In this document: in pieces, positions 13,366-27,819 of the stretch
Layout of the letters: each line of letters opens with the position of its first letter
How positions within the stretch are numbered: position 1 is the first letter of the stretch
Source: Eledone cirrhosa
Taxonomy: Eukaryota
Direction of reading: 5' to 3'
Length of the DNA: 64,000 bases
Assembly: GCA_964016885.1 (NCBI GenBank)
Contig: OZ024753.1
Coordinates: 4,774,001-4,838,000 of the forward strand
Notes under the pieces: model-generated
Seen by the model: only the letters and a program-made list of their open reading frames with translations
What the model was told of the DNA's origin: nothing
Database searches by the model: none
Translations under genes and position numbers: made by a program

Positions 13366-13628
13366 CTATATGTGTGTGTGTGCGTGTGTGTACGTATGTA
13401 TGCATGTATGTCAGATATATAATATATGCTGTCTAAATACAAAGGTTTCTTGGTGTATGCAGTTGTTGAGAAACGTGTTAATTTAATTCATGTATGTTCC
13501 TGTTACTCTTAAGCGTGCCTATATATATATATATATATATATATATGCGTAAATGTGGTTGTGTGTATACATGGATACATATATACATATACACATATAT
13601 ATATGTATATATATATATATATATTATA

Positions 13629-13708
<80 letters not shown>

Positions 13709-14228
13709 TTTTTATATATATATATATACATATATATATCATATTTTATATATATATATATATGTGTGTGTATGTATGTATGAATATGTATATATACGTA
13801 TATATCTATCTTTATGTATACGTCTGCGTGTTTGCTTGTGTACATGTGTATATACAGGCTTAATGCTTTGGGAGTTGTAAACTTTTGGGGATAGAGAGGT
13901 GCGGGGTGCAGAAGTTTAGAAGTTCACTATATGTAAGTATACTGATGTTTCTATGTGAGTATCTGTATGTTTTAAATGTTATATATATATAGATATATTC
14001 ATATATATATATACGTATGAGTGTATCATGATACATATACATGTATGTGCATAATGTTTGACATATTAGGTGTTGAAGTAGTCACACATGTCAAAAATAA
14101 TACAAGTCTCTACGGATTCTATCTCTTATATATCTCAGCGAAACCAGAGATCTGCCCTTGCTAATAGCACCTTTACATAAAGACCTCTGCATTGTGGCTT
14201 CCTGATTGGGCCTAAGTTGTAATATCAG

Positions 14229-14302
<74 letters not shown>

Positions 14303-14327
14303 CATATATATATTTACACACACACAC

Positions 14328-14428
<101 letters not shown>

Positions 14429-14482
14429 AATATATATACATACATATGTATATATATACACTCATATATATATTCATATATG

Positions 14483-14534
<52 letters not shown>

Positions 14535-14580
14535 AATATATATGTATATATATATGTGTGTATGTATGTATATACGTATA

Positions 14581-14660
<80 letters not shown>

Positions 14661-14679
14661 CATATTTATATACTTAAAT

Positions 14680-14860
14680 CTGATTTTATACAAACCCCAC
14701 CCCTAATCATTCCATTCCCTTCCCATATACCCGATTTTTGTTATCTTTTGCTCTTTCTTTCTGGTATCACATTGGTAGGTTCTCCCCATACATTATTAAA
14801 TTTTAATCTTTCCGAACTCAAAACAACTTGATGCCACGCCCCTCTGTCTGCCTGCCATTT
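14680..14860. repeat. Unclassified dispersed repeat adjacent to (TA)n; second copy 19525-19695
   Basis: Shared ATACTTAAAT..TGTTATCTTTTGCTCTTTCTT.CTGGTATCA.ATTGG..ATCTTTCC..ATGCCACGCCC. Confidence 0.7.
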
Positions 14861-15490
14861 ACGACATGTGTATAATTTACTTTCTCTAATATAATTGCAT
14901 GTCATAATTTTCAGTATATTCACTTATGCAAGTTATTTTCTTTTTCTTGGTTAGAAACGAGTGTAATAGTGTTGCACGCGTTTGAAGTGCCTCGCAGATC
15001 GCTGAGGTCGGTGTTGCTAATGCATTACTTAAAACTTCAGTAGATGTATATATATGAGATAAGTGTGGGTAGGGAAAGAGATGAGTTCTAAAAGGCGGGA
15101 AAGAAGGAGCGAGAAATAAGTTTTGCCAATGATTTAATAGGTGATATAAAATAGGAATGATGGAATTATATGTCGTGTAGGCTTGCCCCCCCCCCCCGGT
15201 TCCAAACACGTAGTCCAATTTTAGTACCGTTAGATTAGTAACAAAGGAGACAAAACGCATCAGTGACCTTAAACTCTGGTTGATGCTTGGAATATTGTCG
15301 TGAAATCTTAAACAACAAGTATAGCACAAATTCTACATTTTCAACGGAAATTTGTGGTGTTATGTTAAACACAGTCACCTTATGCACTGACATATATGAT
15401 AGGTGACAAATACTTTCATTTCGTTTTTTCTCTTAACCTCATATACAGAATAAGATATTTAAGCAGCAATACATCGAAAACTCCTATAAT

Positions 15491-15680
15491 TAATTGTTTC
15501 TACTTTAAGCATAAGGCCAACAATTACCCAGTGCATTACTGGTACTTTTATTTTATTGACCCCATAAGGATGAAAGGCAAAGTCAACCTCGGCGGGATTT
15601 GAACTCAGATCGTAAAGGGACGTAACTATGCTGGAAAGCATGGCGTCCGACCCTCTACCGATGCTGCCAATCCACCGCCC
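15491..15680 (-). mobile_element. SINE family A, near full-length young copy
   Basis: Minus strand GGGCGGTGGAT-TGGCAGCATCGG (A-box-like)...GAGTTCAAATCC (B box)...GCCTTTCATCC..GGGGTC.ATAAAAT; highly similar to 53961-54144. Confidence 0.85.
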
Positions 15681-15899
15681 TTGAAAACTCCTATAATTAA
15701 TATTTAGTAAATATTGTAGTTCATATCTAAACTATTTTGGTTTTCTATCCGTATATAGTTAGGCTAATGAAGGGCCATTGGAAAGGAAAATAGGAAGGGG
15801 GGGGGGGGCAAACGCTATTGAAAAAGCAAACGGGTATAGACGGCAGAAAGTCAAAATAGAAAGAAGAATGCAACGGTCATCCTAGAATACATATATACA

Positions 15900-16260
15900 C
15901 GAAATGTTGGGATATGTTGTAATGCTATTGTAAAGTTTAAATAACGTTAATAGTATTTGCAACGGAACAAGCGTTCCTATAACTCATTTATATAAATGCA
16001 CGATTGAAGGTGACATTGTTACAGAAGTTAACATTATGGAAGCCATGTCATTGTGCCAAGAATTAATTGGGGACCTTCTGACACCATTCAGCTATTTATT
16101 CTAAAGCGCTTAAAATTTCCAGTTCGAGTGACTTTCGCAATGACATTCAGTAAATCTCAATGACAATACTTGTGTAAAATAAGTCTGTTCTTTCCAACTT
16201 ATCTGCTAACGCATGGACAATATTATGTAGCTCAATTAAAAGCTACACATGGAGATGCAG
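15900..16260 (+). pseudogene. Helitron RepHel (PIF1-family helicase) C-terminal relic
   Basis: GYVVMLL*SLN..ICNGT..IVPRINWGPSD..LKRLKFPVRVTFAMTFSKSQ*Q..THGQYYVA matches PIF1/Helitron motifs (CNGT, PRI, FPVRLAFAMTINKSQGQ, HGQLYVALS); stops and a frameshift. Confidence 0.85.
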
Positions 16261-17184
16261 TTATATCGACAATATCAAAAACAAATGGCTGCAAATTTCT
16301 ATACATTCCATTTTTCTAGTATTAAATATTTCGTCTTAACAGTTATAATATCCATATATTTAATTCAAATGTGTCAGAAAGAGGTATTGTGCATCATTGT
16401 GTCTAAATAATAATGTTACATACAAGTGAATCCGTGTAATATTGTACCATTTAGGCTTTATGGATTTACGTTTGGCTTAAAACAAAGTCAAAATATATGG
16501 AAATCGTATCCACCCATTCAAATTCACTGCATGATAATTAATGCTTACTACTTTACTATAAAGTCTAGTATATCAGGTGTTTTTAATACATATTTCTTGT
16601 TCACATATGTCATATATTTCCGGATTTCTGAACTAGAGGATATTGGCTTGTTTTTTTAAGGGCAAATTCTACAATAAAGGAGGGAATGTTAACACATTTA
16701 CTGCGTCTAAGACATCGACTTTTATAGTTAACCTTCTATAGATTTTGCGGAACATAATCCCATGTTATGCGCACCAATAATTTTTTGGGGAAACTGAACC
16801 GTTGAATATTGTCAAGAATCATAAATTGTCATTGAATTTGTACAGATTTTATCTTCTCCCACCTAGTGATAGTATCTCTTTTCTGTTACATTATCTGATG
16901 GCGGTGCTCATTTGTCAGTTCAGAAAGGAATATCGGCTAGCAGATGTTCAGTTCCTGCAGGTTGATCAAAAGCACTTCTACATAGCTTTTCAGCAATAAA
17001 AAGATTATTACATGTCTTTCCAAATAATAATGATCAGATGGCCTGTGGGCAACGTTCAACAACGTGACATCAAAACCAAGAATAATGTTCATATTGTGAA
17101 ATCAAATACCCTAGTGTTCTGAAATTACCAGGGTTTTCGTTTTTTGTTTTTCTGTAATCAGCAGGCCAAGATTTGAACGACATA

Positions 17185-17365
17185 TAATTGTTTCTACTTT
17201 TGGCACAAGGCCAGCAATTACCTAGTGCATTACTGGTACTTTATTTTATCGACCCCGTAAGGATGAAAGGCAAAGTTAACATCGGCGGGATTTGAACTTA
17301 GAATAGCAAGGGCCGTAATTCTATGCGCCAAAGCATGGCGTCCGACCCTCTACCGATACTGCCAC
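17185..17365 (-). mobile_element. SINE family A copy
   Basis: Aligns with 15491-15670. Confidence 0.85.
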
Positions 17366-17642
17366 GACATATAATGCAAACATTTATACTATTGAGTCAA
17401 TAGACAGCGATTTGGACACTGCATTGAAAGGGATTTAATTGTACTTACTTTGTGAAGTCTGTTAACTATTTTATCGTTTAGATTTTTGCGAACTGCTAGA
17501 TTAAGCACCCATACTAATACTCACACATACATATACATATCTATATACATATATATGAATTTCTATATATATATATATACACGCATATGTATACACATAT
17601 ATACACGCATATTTATATACATATATACACATATATATGTAC

Positions 17643-17691
<49 letters not shown>

Positions 17692-17807
17692 CATACATAC
17701 ATATATACATATATACATACGTACATATATACATACATACATATATATACATATATACATACATATTTATATATATACATATATACATTTGCATTTATAT
17801 ACATACA

Positions 17808-17924
<117 letters not shown>

Positions 17925-18642
17925 CACGACGGCTAGATTTCATAATTTCATTAATAATGCAATAGGCATGGTACATATTGCTGATGTGAGATGACTACAC
18001 CATGATACCATGACACAATCTTTGTCAGGCAGTCTTCAACAACCAATAAGTAATCTATATGCAATGTACTGATAAGGAGACAGAGCGAAACTTCTGGTGT
18101 TGTTATTGCAACGGCCTGTTTCCATATGTTCACGTAACTCTTATAGTGTACTGGCGTTATTTGACCACTCACTATTGCCAAGTCAACTTGTCACTGGTTT
18201 TGAAGTTGATTGGTCTCTAGTGATAAGCACTTTCATTCAAACCCCAGTGTTTCCAGCACCGCTTTGATGTGGCTATAGCAGGCAAATAACCAAATTGTTA
18301 TATTTTGTGAGGCGATATAAGGTATCAGAATAGGCGTGAGTTATGAAGAATATCTATATTGATATACATGTATGGATATTTTACCGGAACACCTCTTGTT
18401 TCGGAAAACTGACCAACATGATAAAGTACATAACCACAATCTTTAAACATTAGTGTATTGTGCAATCTTTTAACACCATACTTTAGTATGCTTATTTTTA
18501 TTTGTTTTGAAACATAGTATATAGCCGTAGCCGGATTCAACTACGTCCGTGTTTACAGAGTTGTCTGTAATGTACTACGACTGTGAAAAGGCGAAAGCTC
18601 GAAGTTCTATGAAGATTCACTGTATTTCTTGTATCTTGTAAC

Positions 18643-18755
18643 TTTGCTATCACGGGTAAATTTACTTTTGCTGTCACGGATATATTTATCTTTGCTGTCA
18701 CAGGTAAATTTACCTTTACTCTCCCGGGTACCTTTGCTGTCACGGATAAATTTAA
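18643..18755. repeat. Minisatellite, ~24-bp unit (TTTGCTGTCACGGGTAAATTTACC-like), ~5 copies
   Basis: Direct read; one unit shortened. Confidence 0.8.
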
Positions 18756-19110
18756 TCCCGAAAAAATTCTGGTCGACCTTTATTAAATTCAGGCTGATAA
18801 AACTAATAGCTGTCATTTTTATTAAGATAGCCATTTTGCGGAAAGAGAATGTGTCCTGATAAATGTATATATATATATATGTTCATATATATATTCATAT
18901 ATATATTCTTTAACAAAATATGTCTAGATAATATAAAATTGTACACTAATGACATGGAATGCATTTCTCGAGGTACTTTAAAAATAAATATGTATATGCA
19001 CGCACGCACATAAATACATACACACAATCACACACAGATATATGTATAATAATTCATGTATCCAAGTATTAATACGTTATATTAATACGTGTATATACGT
19101 TATATTAATA

Positions 19111-19160
<50 letters not shown>

Positions 19161-19161
19161 C

Positions 19162-19301
<140 letters not shown>

Positions 19302-19358
19302 TATATATATATATATATTTATATATACATGTAATGCATGTACGCATGTATTAATACG

Positions 19359-19409
<51 letters not shown>

Positions 19410-19444
19410 GCATGTATACATGTATTAATACGTTATATTAATGC

Positions 19445-19490
<46 letters not shown>

Positions 19491-19524
19491 TTGCGTATGT
19501 GTATACGCAGTTTGTTCATCTATA

Positions 19525-19695
19525 TACTTAAATGTGCCACTCTTAATCTTCCCCTCCCTACCCATACATGTGATACGTGTTATCTTTTGCTCTTTCTTCC
19601 TGGTATCATATTGGAAGCTTATTATTAAGTTTAAATATCTTTCCAAATTCTAAACAGTTTCATGCCACGCCCACTGTTTGTAATTCTGCCTGCAT
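19525..19695. repeat. Second copy of the unclassified repeat at 14680-14860
   Basis: See 14680. Confidence 0.7.
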
Positions 19696-19961
19696 GCCTG
19701 TTTTCCTGTATACCACTACCTCTCCTTCCCTCTCCCTCTCCTCGATCCCTCACCTCCTTCTCTCTCCCTCTCTTTCATTATGCCTCTCCTTCTCTCTCCC
19801 TCTCCTCGCTCCCTCACCTCCTCCCTCTCCCTCTTACCCTCTCCATTACTCTCTCTTTCTCTAAATATTTCACTATTCCTCTTGTTACTTCTCTCCCACT
19901 CTATAGGTGTCGTGGTTTCACCTCTATATTTCAATTCAAAATCATTGTAATTTCTGGTTCT

Positions 19962-20400
19962 GGGAGGAGGCGTGGTAGAGCTGTAAGGACGGCGAGAAAT
20001 TGCTTTGCAGTATTTCAGCCGGCTATTTACGTTCTAATTTCAAATCCCGCCGAGGTTACATCTTTCATCTATCCTATCTCTATAAGTTAAAGTACCAATC
20101 ACGTATTTGCGTCAATATAACTATCATTTTCATCGACCATCCCCACTCTCTCACATTTCGGCTTTGTGCCTAAATTAGAAACCATTATTTGTGGGCAGCA
20201 AAATCGGTAGAGCGTTGGACGAAATTCTTCGCGGTATTTGTTCTTATTTTTTATATTCTGAGTTTAAATCCTGTTGGCTGCACCTTTCCTTTTTCTGGGG
20301 TCGATGAAATAAAGTATCAATTAAATTTTAGTGTCGGAATAATCAAATTTTACCTTCTTCTAAAATTCTGGGTTTGTACCAGTTTTAAAAAGAATTAATA
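19962..20400 (+). mobile_element. Two old head-to-tail SINE family A copies
   Basis: TTCAAATCCCGCCGAGGT..AAGTACCA..TTGTGCCTAAATTAGAAAC, then TCTGAGTTTAAATCC..GGGGTCGATGAAATAAAGTA. Confidence 0.7.
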
Positions 20401-20469
20401 TTTCTTACTCTCGATTTACATACACATACATACAGATTGATGCTTGAGTTGTAGTCTTTCTATGTTCGT

Positions 20470-21245
20470 GGTTTCTCTCCAATACCTCATTATAGTCAGC
20501 ATCCTTGATTCTTAAGCCCTGTGGAAAGAAGTGAGTAACCATGTCATCACTCTGGCTGCTCATGATTCACAGAACATAACAGTTGCCGGAAACGTGTGTG
20601 CATGAGCATTGAAATGTATTTAGGGTCTCTGCATAGCCATCTCTCATTCCTTCGATTGACCTTTTGACTTTGCGCACATGAATTGGCCTCTTCGCATCAC
20701 ATATGACTTGTGTCGAAGGTCCTCGTGCAAAATTTGTCCGTCATTGTACCTTGAAAACTTGAGCTCTTTACTAATGGTACTAATTGATTCTTTGGGGTAA
20801 TTATCAATGATTTTCCGCACTCTTTATACACAGTTAGATGTTCGGGTGTTATGAGGACCCATAGCAGGCGTTTTACGTTTGGTTAATGCTGTAGAAACCC
20901 CGTCAGCGGTCTCCAGCACTTTGTAACAACAAACAACGGTGTAACTTTCAGGAAGCGAGCAATCTTTAAATGAATATGTTCTGTTTTCAAGGCAACTATT
21001 ACAGCGTGCCTTTTCATTTGATGAGTTAGCGTGATGTTTGCCATCATTTATCTAAAAAAAATGGTAATCAGAACAAGTTAGAAAAACGTTAGAGCTATTA
21101 AAAGAACTGAGATGCCTGTATTCTTCGTATATGGAAATTACACGGTAAAAAAAACCCATTGTAGCTGATTGTCGTGCACTATTAATGTTATCATTGGAAC
21201 GACTGTATTTAGATATCTATATTTCTAAATTTCACATCACCCTAA
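20470..21245 (-). pseudogene. Decayed, internally deleted Tc1/mariner transposase, maT (DD37D)-like, with one putative TIR end
   Basis: From ATG ~21047: MKRHAVIVALK..IARFLKV; later ILHEDLRHKSYVMRRGQFM, NRRNERWLCRDP..MHTRFPATVM and HFFPQGLRI..YNEVLE; AGGGTG terminus near 21243. Confidence 0.8.
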
Positions 21246-21339
21246 CACTTCCATAAATCGTAAGACTCAACATTTGAACTTCGAATCTGAACTGTACTCT
21301 ATTCCCCGTGAAGAATAATTAATTCAAAACTTACTCTCT

Positions 21340-21480
21340 TTCTTTTTTTCTTTTTTTCTTTTTTTCTTTTTTTCTTTTTTTCTTTTTTTCTTTTTTTCTT
21401 TTTTTCTTTTTTTCTTTTTTTCTTTTTTTCTTTTTTTCTTTTTTTCTTTTTTTCTTTTTTTCTTTTTTTCTTTCTTTCTT
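21340..21480. repeat. (TTTTTTTC)n octamer array
   Basis: Direct read. Confidence 0.9.
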
Positions 21481-21708
21481 TCTTCCATCTCTTTCTGCCT
21501 ATCTCTCTCTCTCTCTCTCTCACTCGCTCGCTCGTGCACCCTCACATCCTCACACCCTCTTTCTCTCTACTTATATACCTACTCCTCTACCTTTCTGTAT
21601 CATATCCCTTTCACAATCACATGCATTAACGTCTATTTCACAAAACCATATGCACATATACTACAGCCATAACACATTTGGAATCCGAATTGTGTCTCTC
21701 ACTCACCC

Positions 21709-21770
<62 letters not shown>

Positions 21771-22221
21771 CTCTCTCTCTTTCTTTCTTTCTCTCATACC
21801 CACTGACATAACAAGACCTAATCTAACATGATTTCATCAGATCATGCTAAATATTTATTCCATTTACCATCATGACATTACAATTTTAAACATTAAATAT
21901 ACTCTACGAAACTTCCATTTCGCTGATTGTGGTAAAGAAGATTGAGCTTTCCAATTCAATATTCTCCCTTAACATTATTAAAGGACGCTGGTGTTGTAAT
22001 ACGTTCTTCGTAGACCAAGACTACGAAACGAAACAATGTTTGATTCGGTTGCAGCGAGTAAATTTGGTCATATCTCTAATGTATGTTGGGGTTTAAAAAA
22101 TAGACGCATACGTACATTTTACGATTTGTTTATATTTTATCTAGTAAAATTTTCCTGGAAAATTTTACTAGAGTGAATACCTAACTTTCAAAAATTGCTC
22201 TCTCTCTCTCTCTCTCTCCAT

Positions 22222-22284
<63 letters not shown>

Positions 22285-22911
22285 TCTTCTGTCTACCTCA
22301 CTCTCTTTCCCTCTCTCTCCCTCTATGTTCCATTAGTTTCATAGAATACATATGATTAATAAAGAATTTTACCAGACCAATTCCATGAGATTAAGGAGAT
22401 TAAATGAATTGTAGCTTTTGAGTCGCTTTAACATTAGTATTTAGGTAGAGTGGGGGTAGATTTTTATTGAACTCTTGGGTATAGTTAAGGCGATATTTAT
22501 TCAGAAATAATTTATTAATAGAATTCCAAGGCTAGATGTCGTTTAATGGATAAAATACGTACTATTTTATATAACTATGGATGCCATATCATACGAAAAG
22601 TTATACCGTTATACTTTTGATAATCCTCTAGCTGATATCTTATAAAACATTACTAGGTGTTGGCACATAAATGTAAAGATATTTAGATAAATTTTATAAT
22701 AACCACAAGCAAGCAGGCGGTTATTTAGTATCATTTGATAATATAGTTGGAACATTAATACATTCGAACATTTATACGTACGGTCACTGTAAGCAATAGA
22801 TTCAGAGCAAATTCGATAATTTAAGAGTTGTTAGAAGCTACAGATACTAAGTCTATTATTATTAATGACCCAGACTTGAATCAAGTAACTTTGGTTGGTG
22901 CAAATATTACA

Positions 22912-22989
<78 letters not shown>

Positions 22990-23109
22990 CACACACACAG
23001 CCATATATATATGTCTGTGTGTGTGTATATATTCATATATATATATATATATATATATATACTTATATATATTTACGTGTGTGTATGTGTGTATGTGTGT
23101 ATGTACGTA

Positions 23110-23205
23110 GGCAGCGAATTGACAGAGTCGTTAGGAGGTCGGATAAATTGTTATGATGTATTCGTACTGGAGCTCTGCTCTCTGAGTTCATATCCCACCG
23201 AGTTC
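23110..23205 (+). mobile_element. SINE family A, 5' (tRNA-like) part only
   Basis: GGCAGCGAATTGACAGAGTCG..TCTGAGTTCATATCCCACCGAG. Confidence 0.6.
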
Positions 23206-23216
23206 ATACCCCTCCT

Positions 23217-23280
<64 letters not shown>

Positions 23281-24035
23281 TGCCCTTTTTACGATATATA
23301 AGATACACAACAGAGTGCTTTATCTCGTGATATTCATGTACATCTATATATGTGTATATATATATATATTTGAAAAAAAAGGGGAAAGAATGACTTCACA
23401 TGTAGTGTTAAATAATTTGATTTAATTTCATAATATTATAATATTATGAGTTGGTAGATCTAGTAAGTTCTTTGTTAACTTCGTTGGGAAGAATTTTAAA
23501 GATTTAAAGGTTAACTCTGTTGGAGAACTTTCTCGCATTCGTCGGTGGCGATTGTCAAACTGAGCTCTATCTAATTGTTCCATCTACTGCATCTGAAATT
23601 GTTTTTTTATTACCATCTGAATCTACTAAAAGTGCAGCAGACGTTGAAAACTGTATTCGCCGAATACATAATACAAAGCTAGTTACCATATGACCTTTGA
23701 GTAAATTGACAGAAATCCTATCTACACATACATCTACGCTCTCGGACGTTCATGAAGGCATGTTTTAAAATTCAAATGCGATATTTAATTTAATAATATC
23801 GTAAGGTGGTGACTGAATAATATTTATGAATATGTCATTAGTATATATATGTTCCATTCAAATATAAAAAGAAGTCTCTAAGGCTAAGTAAGTGTTTTAA
23901 ACTACCATCAATTTAATATGAGAAGAGAAGTTAGTCAATAGAATCCACAACGATGTCATGATATCGGAATAAAGTATGGTGAGAATTCTTAACTTAGAAA
24001 CTTAGCGCTTAGGCTATTTGCATAATGTGTTCATA

Positions 24036-24078
<43 letters not shown>

Positions 24079-24214
24079 AGTGTAATTTTCTACACAAAAC
24101 GAAGGTTATAGAGAAAATTGAGGTTGGTAATGGCACATGGAATATATAAGAGACAGAATACTTTTTTGTGAAAAAACATAATTTTATAAGGTAAGGAAAT
24201 AATAAAGGGTATAA

Positions 24215-24262
24215 AAAATGACCGGTTTCGATGGGTCTGCAAAAGCCATCTTTTCAAATGTT
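24215..24262 (-). ncRNA. Minimal type I hammerhead, U3-A8 core
   Basis: AACAT-TTGAAAA-GATGG(11 nt)CCATC-GAAA-CCGG-TC|-ATTTT; stem I has one mismatch; palindromic stem III ACCGGT; lies in a ~270-bp segment bounded by (TA)n. Confidence 0.7.
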
Positions 24263-24358
24263 GATTAATATTAAGAAAAATTAATAATACGAAGAGTTAA
24301 AATTTGAGATTTGAAAATTCAAGTATGAAATTCAAGTATAAAATTCATATACATGTAC

Positions 24359-24440
<82 letters not shown>

Positions 24441-24453
24441 AGTACATGTATGT

Positions 24454-24486
<33 letters not shown>

Positions 24487-24607
24487 AAAGTTGTATTGAT
24501 GTTATGGTTATGATAATATAATATTAACTGGAGTATGCTTTGAATCATCAGTGTTTCTGAAATGAATGTATATATTTGTTTGTGTATGTGTATGTTTGCA
24601 ACTATGT

Positions 24608-24645
<38 letters not shown>

Positions 24646-24837
24646 TTGCAACTATGTGTGTGTGTGTGTGTGTTTGTAATTCTGTGTGTGTTTATGCCTG
24701 TCTATAAATATGTCTAATCTTGCATAGTTGCGGTTTATTTTGCAAATTAATAGACGATTGATTAAAATCTTGGTCAAAAGAAATATTGCTCGGCGTTGCT
24801 TCTGCCGTTGTTGATGTTTCAGCTCTTGTTACCACTG

Positions 24838-24838
24838 T

Positions 24839-24871
<33 letters not shown>

Positions 24872-24872
24872 C

Positions 24873-24915
<43 letters not shown>

Positions 24916-25121
24916 CTGATGATGATGATGATGATGATGATGATGGTTGGTGGTGGTGGTGGTGTTGGTGGTGGTTTGGGTGGTGGTGGTGTTGGTGGTG
25001 GTAGTGGTTTTGGTGGCGGTGATGATGATGCTGATGGGGGATGATAATGATGATCACGATGATGATCACGATGGTGGTGGTGGTGGCGATTACAATTTTG
25101 GTCGTGAAGATCGTGGTGGTA

Positions 25122-25168
<47 letters not shown>

Positions 25169-25274
25169 GAAGAAGAAGAAGAAGAAGAAGAAGAAGAAGA
25201 AGAAGAAGAAGAAGAAGAAGAAGAAGAAGAAGAAGAAGAAGAAGAAGAAGAAGAAGAAGAAGAAGAAGAAGAAG

Positions 25275-25318
<44 letters not shown>

Positions 25319-25322
25319 CGAT
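24838..25322. repeat. Compound trinucleotide array (GAT)n/(GGT)n/(GAT)n/(GAA)n/(CAA)n
   Basis: Direct read. Confidence 0.95.
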
Positions 25323-25544
25323 GAAAACGTTGCTAATTGTAATTCTGATGATGATTGTGCCAATGTAAGACAATAATATTGAATAGAAACCCTCCAAAAA
25401 TATACAAAATATATATATAATAAATAAATATATAATATTATTAACATTCTGTATTGATGAATGTATGAATGTGTTATGAGAGAAGTATGTATGTGTCTGT
25501 TGTTTGAGAGTGTGTATTAGTAACATATATAGTGGTGTGTGAAT

Positions 25545-26010
25545 GTGTCTCTGTGTCTATGTATGTCTGTCTATGTATGTCTGTCTATGTATGTCTATGT
25601 CTATGTATGTCTGTGTCTATGTATATATGTATATATGTGTCTATGTATAACTGTGTCGATATATGCATGTGTCTATGTACGCCTTCGTCGAAATATGCCC
25701 TTGTCTATGTATATGTGTGTGACTATGTGTGTGTGTCCTTAAGTATGCCTGTGTCTATGTATGTCTGTCAATGTAGGTGTGTGTCTATGTATGTGTGTCT
25801 CTATGTATGTGTCTACGTGTGTTGTGTCTATGTATGTCTACGTCTATGTATGTCTCTATCTGTGTATGTATGTGTCTATGCATGTCTATGTCGATGTATG
25901 TGTTTGTCTACGAATATCTGTGTCTATGTATGTGTGTGTCTATATATGCATGTATCTATGTATGTGTTTATGGTTGTCTATGACTCTACGTATATGTCTA
26001 TTGTTTATGT
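25545..26010. repeat. Degenerate satellite built on TGTCTATGTA-like units
   Basis: Many recurrences of GTCTA(T/C)G at 6-18 bp spacing. Confidence 0.8.
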
Positions 26011-27476
26011 GTGTGGAGCTGTTTGTATTTGGCTGAATATATCTAATGAATAATTAAATTCTTTTCTTTCAAGAAACGGAAACTAATCTGAATATCAGAT
26101 TACAAAATATTTTACATATTTATTAACAAATATCAGTTTTGTGTTTTCCTCTTTTACGCCAGGAATTATAATTTCTAGTTTTTTCTTCTTCACCGTTCTG
26201 ATATGCATAATTCTCTGTATATATATACACAAAGACCCACCCATGCCCAAACCCAAACACACACACACACACACACACATATATATGTGTGTGTTTGTGT
26301 GTGTTTGTATGTATGCGTGTGTGCATCTTTGCACATATATGTTGTATATACATACATAATCAATTAATATAAATATATATACGTACATACATTACATACA
26401 TATGTGTTTTCATATATATATATATATATATACACACACATACATACATATCTATATACACATGTATGCATACATATATAAATATACAAATATACACATA
26501 CGCACATTCACACGCACACATATATGTATACATATATATATATTTATGTGTGTGCGTGTGTTCGTGTGTGTCTGTGTGTGCGTGTGTGTGTGTGTATATG
26601 TGTGATAAATATGCGTGAAAAAGATAGAAAATCACTCAGTAAAAACTGTTGCTATTAAAAGGCAACGATAAAAGAATGTTACGGCTGTAAAGCTGGAGTA
26701 TTATGAAGTATGAAGAGCAACAATGAACAAATATATTCCCAGTCGTCAGTTAATTTGCATATCAATTTAATATAAAATTTTATGTAATAGGGTCGAATAT
26801 TTTAATAGTTTTTAAAATTATATTATTGATGGCTTCCCTTACTTTCTAATACCTCACCATTTTCGCTGTGACAGCTGTTCTATCGCCTTTCATAGCTTTG
26901 AACCAGAGTCTCCTCGGGACAATCATCTTTTATCGATAATTCTATGGATTATTAAGGATTATATAATTACTCTTTTGTTTGGTGAAGGGGATATATCAAT
27001 ACTATATATAACTTCACGTCAAATTTTCTGATCTCAATAGAGAAACGCCATTTAATCATCTCATTCTCATTATATATTCTACTTTCTCGGGACGGAAACC
27101 ATCAGCACTGCTAAACAAACGAGCTCTCATTCAGCGCAACTTCTTTTAGTTTGTTTCAAAGTAATAAGCTGCCTCACTATATGGATCTCTCTCCCTCTCA
27201 CTTTCTCTCTCTCACTTTCTCTCTCTCACTTTCTCTTTCTCTTTCCCTCTCTTTCTCAGTATTTTTCCTAATTTTCCTCTCTTTCCGTTGCTTCACCCTT
27301 CGTGTCTGTTTACATGTCTTTCTCTTTCTCCACCCACTTCTTTTTATCCCAATAACGTATTTCAGTTATTGAATCGCCCTAGGCTGAGGTATCTTGTCTC
27401 TAACGCGAAGAAATACCTATGATGCTTAGTAGACAACTGATGACGGATAATCCTAACTTCTAATTTCTAATTTTTC

Positions 27477-27518
<42 letters not shown>

Positions 27519-27524
<6 letters not shown>

Positions 27525-27700
27525 TAACAGATTAAAGTTTAAGCAAAGAATCGCTGCTTTCACCCTTCCCGTTAAGGGTGAAAGCAGCGATTCTTTGCTT
27601 AAACTTTAATCTGTTATTTTAAGAAATATTTGCTCTTAGGTTATATTTATCCTTATCGAGCCCTCTTTGGATTTTAGTCTTCAAATTTATTATTATCACT
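27519..27700 (+). mobile_element. Fold-back element family C: perfect 49-bp-arm hairpin plus ~78-bp tail, in (TA)n
   Basis: 27519-27567 is the exact reverse complement of 27574-27622 (loop CCCGTT); same architecture as family B but unrelated sequence. Confidence 0.85.
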
Positions 27701-27711
27701 ATATATATATG

Positions 27712-27743
<32 letters not shown>

Positions 27744-27819
27744 TATATATATTTATATATATATATATATATATATATAGTAATAATAATAATAAACTTG
27801 AAGACTAAATATATATATG

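Noticed and set aside
18069-18100. CTGATAA...GAAAC hammerhead-like core
   Set aside because: Stem II and stem I do not pair and there is no NUH site
18643-18755. Short direct repeats resembling a CRISPR array
   Set aside because: Units are contiguous with no unique spacers; no cas genes; eukaryotic context
22140-22171. Small palindrome CTAGTAAAATTTTTCC-T-GGAAAATTTTACTAG
   Set aside because: Short, AT-rich and single copy; no associated element
24692-25526. Longest ORFs (251 and 235 aa)
   Set aside because: Composed almost entirely of a trinucleotide mosaic that is open in several frames
27437-27465. CTGATGA followed by a GGA-taa-TCC hairpin
   Set aside because: GAAA is missing and no stem I or III; at best a dead relic
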